From Sarea resinae (taxonomy: Eukaryota): a stretch of DNA of 28,105 nucleotides. Shown piece by piece: positions 21,457 to 28,105 of the stretch. The stretch spans positions 62,001 through 90,105 of the forward strand of contig JAPEUD010000091.1 in assembly GCA_026026165.1 (NCBI GenBank), written 5' to 3'. Both the position numbers and the translations under genes were made by a program. The notes under the pieces were generated by a model. The model did not search any database and was not told where the DNA came from. It was given only the letters and a program-made list of their open reading frames with translations. Position 1 is the stretch's first letter; each line of letters opens with the position of its first letter.

Positions 21457-23536
21457 CTAATCTCTCAAAAACATGCGGAAAGCGTCATTCTCGGTGCCGT
21501 CGACAAAGGGATACCCGAGCTCGACGAGGAAGGCGTCGAGCTCATCCTTGCGGCCATCGGGGCACTGGATGCCAGCGAGCACCTTGCCGACGTCGCCGCC
21601 GTAGTTGCGGTAGTGGAACAGGCTGATGTTGAAGCCGGGCTTGAGCGTGGTCAGGAACTTGGCCAGCGCGCCGGGTCGCTCCGGGAACTCGAACATGTAG
21701 AGCCGCTCGTGCGAGACGGACGATCGTCCGCCCACGAGGTAGCGGATGTGCGATTTGGCGAGCTCGTCGGTGCTGAGGTCTGTTGCGCGCATCTGGCTCG
21801 CGGAGAGCCGCGTGAAGAGCGAGGAGAGGTCGGCTTGGCGTGTGCTGGCGTTCAGGGTGATGCCCATCAGCACGTTGGCTTCGGTGGGCTGGTGGCTTTC
21901 TTGTGCGGGGGAGGAAGAAGAGGAAGAAGCGTCAGAGGTGGTGCTGGCCGGGGTGGGTGAGGCGTAGCGGTAGGAGAATTCGGTGACGGAAGCAGGTAGG
22001 ACGGCAGAGATGAGATCGGCAAAGGCGCCGGGTCGTTCGGGGATCGTGACCGAGAGGAGGGCTTCCTTTTTCTCACCGAGAGCGGCCCGTTCGGCGACGA
22101 AGCGGAGCCGGTCAAAGTTCATGTTCGCGCCCGACGCAATGGCCACGAGGCCTCTGTTCGGGTCCGGCGAGGGGTTGGCGGCGACGTACTTTTTGAGTCC
22201 GGCCAGTGCGAGCGCGCCCGCCGGTTCGACGATGGAGCGCGTGTCTTCAAAGACGTCTTTGATGGCCGCGCACGTCTCGTCCGTGGAAACTTGGATGACT
22301 TCATCGACGACGTCGCGGGCGACGCGGAAGGTTTCTTCGCCGACCGTCTTGACAGCTGCACCGTCGGCGAAGAGACCGACTTCTTTGAGGACGACGCGGC
22401 GGTCTTCTTTGAGGGACTGCACCATTGCGTTCGCGTCGTAGGTTTCCACGCCGATGATCTTGACATGTGGAGCGATACGCTTGATGTAGACACCTATGCC
22501 GGCGATGAGGCCGCCGCCGCCGACACAGCAAAAGACGGCTTCGAGGTTTTGGATGTTGGTCTGGCGGAGGAGTTCCATGCCGATAGTGCCTTGGCCGGCG
22601 ATGACGTAAGGGTCGTCGAAGGGAGCGATGTTCGTGAGACCGTGGAGTTTTTCGAGGCGGTGGGCTTCTTCCTTGGCGGCGTCGAAGTCTTGACCGTGGA
22701 GGACGACGTGGCCGCCCATGCGGGACACGTTGAGATGTTTGATGCTGGGGGTGCCCGACGGCATCACGATGGTCGCGGGGGTTTTCAAGTGGCGGGCAGA
22801 GAAGGCTACGCCCTGGGCATGATTCCCTGTCACGAATGAGCATCTACGCGTGAGAGCTTAAAGCAGAGAAGGCAATACCTGCGGAACAAGCCACCACGCC
22901 TTTCCACCGTTCCTGTGGAGACAAGTGTGCCATCTTGTTGTATGCCCCGCGGAGCTTGAAGCTGAAGACGGGCTGGAGGTCTTCTCGTTTTAGAAGCACT
23001 TTGCATTCTAGCCGATTGCTCAGGTTGATGGCGTGCGTCAGCGGTGTTTCCTGGACGACTTCGTAGACCCGGGAGGTGAGGATGAGTCGGAGGTACTATG
23101 ACGGTCAGCGATCTGCCTTTCATGCCCACTGAAGATGCCATACATCGGGATGGCCATCAGGCAGGAGGAACTCCTTGGGAACCAACGATGGTGGGCTCGG
23201 ACTTTGCGCCTCGGTCGAGCTGGGGTTGGCCGCATATTCGGTCAATGGCTGAGCGGTGAGCTTGTCGGCTTGCGACGAGAGCGCGTCGTCGCCCCGCGAG
23301 CCATTGGGGTTGACGTTTTCCAGCATGGCGGTCGCGTGATAATTCCTCTGGCCCAAAGACAATTCAGGAGACGGAGGGGGCTTCGTTGCTTGCTCAATGG
23401 GCCATGATCGGGACGACGTGGTGGTCTTGATGATGTGCGGGCGGTGAAAGGTCCCGAAGGCCTGCTGCGCTCTCGGACCGGACCATCTGAGCCTCGAGGT
23501 TCTTCCGAACATGGTGAAAGCAGAAGATGAAGCCAT
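21457..23536 (-). CDS. ILV1: Biosynthetic threonine deaminase, mitochondrial (3 exons)
   Basis: Presequence from ATG 23536 (alternative in-frame ATG 23512); [17 protein letters not shown]-lysine [48 protein letters not shown]; two ACT-like repeats IPERPGAF and FPERPGAL. Confidence 0.97.
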
Positions 23537-23653
23537 TGGGGGACGAGGAGGAGAGGAGAGGAGGAAGGAGAAGCAGGAGAAGAAGAGGGAGACGAAATCA
23601 CAGTCACACACGCATGCACACGGGTTGGAAAGCTTTCGAGATGAATTTATTAC

Positions 23654-23676
23654 TTATAGAGCGCCGACAGGAGTCA
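23654..23676 (-). promoter_or_regulatory. Candidate Gcn4/CpcA element (TGACTC) followed by TATA-like TATAAG upstream of ILV1
   Basis: Minus strand ATGACTCC (core 23671-23676) about 135 nt upstream of the ATG; TATAAG at about 23654-23659. ILV1 is a classic general-control target. Confidence 0.5.
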
Positions 23677-24225
23677 TCTCATGTCATTTACGATCGAGCT
23701 AGACCTGACATTTTATCTGGGCTGGCCTGGTGGGTATCGAGTACCTCACGACGGTTCCGCCAGTGGCAGAGGAATCTAGTACTGGGTACTTGGACCTTGA
23801 CGTCGCCTCGTCCGGAATTCGGAGATGGAGATGCAAGCAGGCAGATAAGATATGATGGCAGAAACAGCGCACTCGACTCCCTTGCAACATGCTCCGGCAA
23901 ACACCAAATCTCATCAGAGAGAGGGATGATACCATCATGCCATGTCGTAGTGAACAATGAAATTGAAAGCGGTTGAAAGCCTCATCGCCGTTCGTGATAC
24001 TGCGGCGTCCACGTGCCCGTGCGTGAAATATCTCGAGATGTGCGAAACGAGTCTCCAGTGAGAAAGTTACCCGGCGCTTTTCATGACCTCACCATTGCCC
24101 CATCCGAGCATCCGCAGAGCACGGATCATTCAAAACACCAAGCAATCAGAACGATCGCGACGACGCAGATAATCACCGCACATCCACAGTAAAGACGAAA
24201 GGAGCCAAGCAATCCGCCAGTCATC

Positions 24226-24912
24226 ATGTCGAACTTGACCGGCGACCCTCTTCCCTCGTCCTTTGACAGCGACCCGTAAGCTCTCTTTTTCTTCCAATCT
24301 CCTCCCTCAACCGCACATTGATATCTAACCTTCCGTCAAACAGGGAGTTCTTCGAGGAGAGTCCGTTCCAGAAGCTCACTCGTCGACTGAAAGAGGAACC
24401 GCTCGTTCCGCTGGGTCAGTAGCACCCAACAACCCACGTGCCAGCGTCTAGATCTCAAATGATAAAGCGTCCCCCGAACTAACCTCTCCCTCCTTGTCAC
24501 AGGCTGCGCGCTAACATGCTTCGCCCTCTACCGCGCTTCCATATCCATGCGCCGTGGTGACCATCAGACTACCAACCGCATGTTCCGCGCCCGTATCTAT
24601 GCCCAAGGCTTCACGCTCCTCGCCATCGTCGCCGGCTCCGCGTACTACAAAAGTGACCGCGAGAAGAGGAAGCAGTTCGAGGGTGTCGTGGCCGAGAAGC
24701 GCAACAAGGAGAAGAATGAGGCTTGGATTCGTGAGCTCGAGGCCCGTGACCGGGAGGAAAAGGAATTCCAGGCCAGGAGGGAGGCGAGACAGGCCGCCCT
24801 CGGCAACGGAGGCGGGGTTGGCGGGGCTCGGAGCGCCGTAGAGAAGGAGGAGGCCGAGAACAAGGGGGGCGTTTTGAGAGCGGTGAGGGATCTGGTGCAG
24901 GGGAGGTCGTAG
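24226..24912 (+). CDS. RCF1: Respiratory supercomplex factor 1 (HIG1 domain), 3 exons
   Basis: MSNLTGDPLPSSFDSDP|EFFEESPFQKLTRRLKEEPLVPLG|CALT..MFRARIYAQGFTL..WIRELEARD. Introns 24276-24343 and 24415-24502. Confidence 0.95.
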
Positions 24913-25193
24913 ACCTTGAGTTGGGTCTGGATGTCTTGAGTACGAGAGGGAGCCGGAAATAATGCCTTGGGACGTTCTTTTTGACACTGTCTATATTGAT
25001 TTTACAGCCATTCATTGTATGTTACGGAGGGAGTTCTGGAGCTGGCTTGCAGAGCTCCTGTGGCCTGATATGTCCTTTTCCTCGTCGAGAACACAGAGGA
25101 TGATCCGATCATTGGCCTGACAGCCCGATAATCCAAAAAGCCAGACCATGGCAGAAAATTTCAACAATTCAAATTTGCCCATGCAAATCATAT

Positions 25194-25893
25194 TCAAACA
25201 GCCATCTCATCCACATATCTTTTCATCGTCTCGAACTCGGTCTTGCCCGTCTATACAGGGATGCTCGTCAGCCCGGCGCTCCCATTCCATGCATTACTCT
25301 TGTATCTACACGCCCACTATAAAGTACGAGAACGAAAGACATACCGAAATCAAATACCGGATGTGCGTCTATGAGCCCAAGAACAACACAATCAGCTCCA
25401 CTCCAGTTCATGATAGACATGCTGTCTTTGACGAGGTGAATGGATGACAAAGACGTTGATGAACCCACCAAATCGGTAACCCCGCTATGTCGCTCGAATT
25501 CCTCGCGCGCAAATTGCCGCATCTCGTGCCGGGTCGTCGTGTCCGGTATCTCTGCACACACACGCGCAATCAATATTAAGTGGAGATCAGGCATTGTCAT
25601 CACCACAACAAAGGGGGAGAGGCCATACTGTTCGTCGCTCGCACGATCTCCCTCCACAAACCTAAGGCGCGCTGTCGTTGGAGAAACTACGGATAGATCG
25701 ACAGTGTCAGCAGGCACGCACGACAGAGCGGTATGGGTTGATGTCAGAACTTGAACTCGAACTCGACGCTTACATGGTCGAGAGACAGGAGCTTCTTGCC
25801 AAACCGCTTGGGTCTTGCCCCCGGACTAGGGCCGGCAGGTGTGGCGAACGTCCGGCGCAGGATCGTTGCCGCTGGTGCTGAAGGGCGGATCAT
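25194..25893 (-). CDS. LYR-motif (LYRM2-like) mitochondrial protein, 113 aa, 5 exons
   Basis: Exons 25893-25774, 25686-25629, 25551-25469, 25368-25345, 25250-25194 give MIRPS..LSLDH|FLQRQRALGLWREIVRATN|KIPD..EMRQFAREEFERHSGVTDL|THIRYLIS|TGKTEFETMKRY. The LYR motif reads LWR. Confidence 0.85.
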
Positions 25894-26205
25894 TGGGCTT
25901 TCGAGGTGGAGATGGAGAGAAGGACGTTAGACATGGCTTTCTTGTGTCTGAATATGACAGATGGGAGAGGCTCGGACGATCAAACAACTCTGGCCTCAGA
26001 CCGCAGGCAAGATCGCTCATCAATTGGAAGAGGCTCTGTCATGACAGCATGAAGCAGCAGGGCATCCACGGGATGATACATTATGACTTTGTGCCGGATA
26101 TTCGTTTCGCCGAAGCCTCACCGCCTTCGGAGCTATCCATCGTAGATCGGATGGCGGCTCCCGGCTCTGCACTGTACGCGCTCTGCCGCGCGCTCTGCAG
26201 CATCA

Positions 26206-26206
<1 letters not shown>

Positions 26207-26234
<28 letters not shown>
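26207..26234. repeat. (CGT)9 microsatellite
   Basis: cgtcgtcgt... run in the divergent LYRM2/NAT4 gap. Confidence 0.9.
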
Positions 26235-26236
<2 letters not shown>

Positions 26237-26507
26237 GTCGCCCGCAGCGACCGGGCAGTCGCAGGCACACGCTGCAGGCAAATGCACATCCCCCCAACGT
26301 CTCAACATCTCAGAATGTAAGCTCAACTGTCAATGGCTACATAGACCCACCTCAGGAGCAGCCAGCTCCTTTCAAAGGTCCCGTGGCCCTTCTATCATAC
26401 ACAATACAGCACTCCATACCACGCGCATACTCGTCAGGCGTACACAGCACACATCGCCGCACCCAGGCTATCCTTGACCGATTGCACAACAAGCAAAGAT
26501 TTTCGCA

Positions 26508-27839
26508 ATGCCGGCCAAGAAGCAAATCCTCCACCCCGAAAGCAGTCGTTCCCCTTCTTCCAGGACCGTCGAGTATGCTGCGCGGACCGCCCCTGGCAGA
26601 AAACGCACGCGCGACGAATTTCGAGAATCACCAAAAACCGACCTCGTCGACGGCGCAAACGCGCTCTCGCTCGAGGAATTCGCCGCCAAGTATCTGCCTG
26701 CCGACTCTCCGGAACTTCTATTCCGTGCTCGAGTCCCGCAGCAGGATGAACAGCATACCCGCAACAATGGGCCTGACGACGCCATTGCGACCAAAGCCAA
26801 TGCCAACACCACCGACACCACCGCCAAGATCAACGGCACAAACACCACCAGTCCCGGAACAGACCCAATGAAAACCTACACCATCACGCTCGCTTCGCCT
26901 GACACAATGCCAGCGGAAGACCTAACGGCGTGCCTCTCGCTCATCGCCCAGACAAGCAAACACCTCTACGTCGCCTCGTCGCTGGGCTGGTCCCCGCGCA
27001 AGAAACGCGCCGAGATGCGCACGCCCGGGATGAAATACCTCGTCGTGCGCGAAAGCGCCTCACCCATATCCGCGGAGAAATCAAACTCGATCCCAAACCC
27101 AAACTCACACCCACACCCACACCCAGACTCCAAACCAAACAGAGACAACAGCAACAACAAGAGCACGGCCCGCGCCTCGCCATCCCCCTCGCCCACACGG
27201 CACCAACCCACCAAAAGCCACCCCCACCCCCCACCCGACGCCCACGCAATCCTCGCTTTCCTCTCCTTCCTCCCCACCCTAGAAGCCTCCCGCCAAGTCC
27301 TCTACATCTACGAGCTGCACCTCCACCCCCGCCTCCGCCGCCGCGGCCTGGGCTCGCACCTCCTCTCGCTCGCCGAGCGCCTCGCCGCCCGACTCGGCCT
27401 GTCCGCGACCATGCTGACCGTGTTCGTGCGGAACGCGGCCGCGCGCGCGTTTTATGGGCGTTTGGGCTATGTGGTCGATGAGGCGGAGGCGGGGGGTGGG
27501 GTTGGTGGCTGTGGTGGAGAAGAGGATGAGGATGAGGATGACAGGAAGGAAGAGGAAGGGAGCAGGGAGGGGGAAGAGGGTGGGTATGAAGCGGCTGAGG
27601 GTGTCGGGTGGGGCGAGGGCGGGCGGAAGAGGTTGCGGGCTCGGAAGGTGCGATCGGAGGGAGGAGAGCCAGGGCGGGCCGAAGAGCTTGCGAATGAGGA
27701 TGAGAATGACAATGGGAATGGGAATGGGAAAGGGAATGGGAATGCGAACGGCAAAGGGAAACGGAAACGGAAACGGAAGGCGAAAGCAGAGGGCGGCTAC
27801 GTCATCCTGAGCAAGGACGTGGCCGCGTCTGAGAAGTAG
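26508..27839 (+). CDS. NAT4: N-alpha-acetyltransferase D (Nat4/Naa40-like GNAT) with low-complexity insertions
   Basis: LTACLSLIAQTSKHLYVASSLGW..KKRAEM..MKYLVV; LAFLSF; VLYIYELHL; acetyl-CoA motif RRRGLG; MLTVF..NAAARAFYGRLGY; C-terminal YVILSK. Confidence 0.85.
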   Translation: MPAKKQILHPESSRSPSSRTVEYAARTAPGRKRTRDEFRESPKTDLVDGANALSLEEFAAKYLPADSPELLFRARVPQQDEQHTRNNGPDDAIATKANANTTDTTAKINGTNTTSPGTDPMKTYTITLASPDTMPAEDLTACLSLIAQTSKHLYVASSLGWSPRKKRAEMRTPGMKYLVVRESASPISAEKSNSIPNPNSHPHPHPDSKPNRDNSNNKSTARASPSPSPTRHQPTKSHPHPPPDAHAILAFLSFLPTLEASRQVLYIYELHLHPRLRRRGLGSHLLSLAERLAARLGLSATMLTVFVRNAAARAFYGRLGYVVDEAEAGGGVGGCGGEEDEDEDDRKEEEGSREGEEGGYEAAEGVGWGEGGRKRLRARKVRSEGGEPGRAEELANEDENDNGNGNGKGNGNANGKGKRKRKRKAKAEGGYVILSKDVAASEK

Positions 27840-28105
27840 GTAGCGTGGGTAGGTAGCGTGCGTGGTAGGTAGGTAGGTAGGTAGTAGGGTCTACCTTGGG
27901 AGTCTGGGACGGATGGACGGATCGATAGACGATGGGTCGATAGACCGAGAACAGCAACAACAAATAAAAGGGGCTTTAGATGAATAGGGAGAGGAGAAGG
28001 TAGAAGGGGGGGAGGGCCATTTCTTGATGTACTACCTTCATGATTACCCCGCTGCTACCCCCGGGTATTACATACACTCCTACATACATCTATGCATACA
28101 TACAA

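Noticed and set aside
21613..22843. Many long antisense and alternate-frame ORFs over ILV1 (also over MEF1, RTC5, NAT4)
   Set aside because: Expected shadow frames of GC3-rich coding sequence.
25946..26330. RNase P/MRP-like motifs (GGTCTGAG, ATTCAGAC, ACAGTTGAGCTTAC) on the minus strand
   Set aside because: The two P-like motifs are only about 50 nt apart, far too close, and no matching CR-I partner was found for the MRP-like motif.
25839..26477. 212-aa plus-strand ORF
   Set aside because: Non-ATG start, GC-rich promoter DNA, poly-Val derived from the (CGT)n repeat, and no motif.
2176..27839. Stop-codon readthrough to cryptic targeting signals
   Set aside because: None of the 12 visible stops has the TGA-CTA readthrough context.
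1..28105. Transposon, RIP relic or secondary-metabolite cluster
   Set aside because: No transposase or reverse transcriptase motifs, LTRs, AT-rich RIP block or backbone synthase; the SDR and hydrolase sit among housekeeping genes.

Overview
Gene-dense, intron-containing DNA from a filamentous ascomycete (Pezizomycotina-type GT..AG introns with CTRAC branch points). I read 13 protein-coding genes: a ZZ/EF-hand protein cut by the left edge, mitochondrial EF-G1 (MEF1), N-myristoyltransferase (NMT1), a WWOX/retinol dehydrogenase-like SDR, an ABHD12-like hydrolase, a Swc3-like protein with a C-terminal GATA-type finger, RTC5 (TLDc), a DUF1989 protein, mitoribosomal bL36m, threonine deaminase ILV1, RCF1, an LYRM2-like protein and a Nat4/Naa40 acetyltransferase. 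I found no tRNA, rRNA, transposon or CRISPR. The best leads are an apparent non-canonical GT-CG intron and an 8-nt micro-exon in the hydrolase, a C-X2-C-X20-C-X2-C finger on the Swc3-like protein, and a PKI-like RRNAIH motif in the EF-hand protein. Weaker leads are a candidate H/ACA-like hairpin, an ATGA-overlapping uORF, a GATA-rich promoter on the DUF1989 gene, and a shift to GC-skewed, microsatellite-rich DNA in the right half. I see no convincing novel multi-gene system. Exon structures were read by hand and family calls rest on recalled motifs, not searches.
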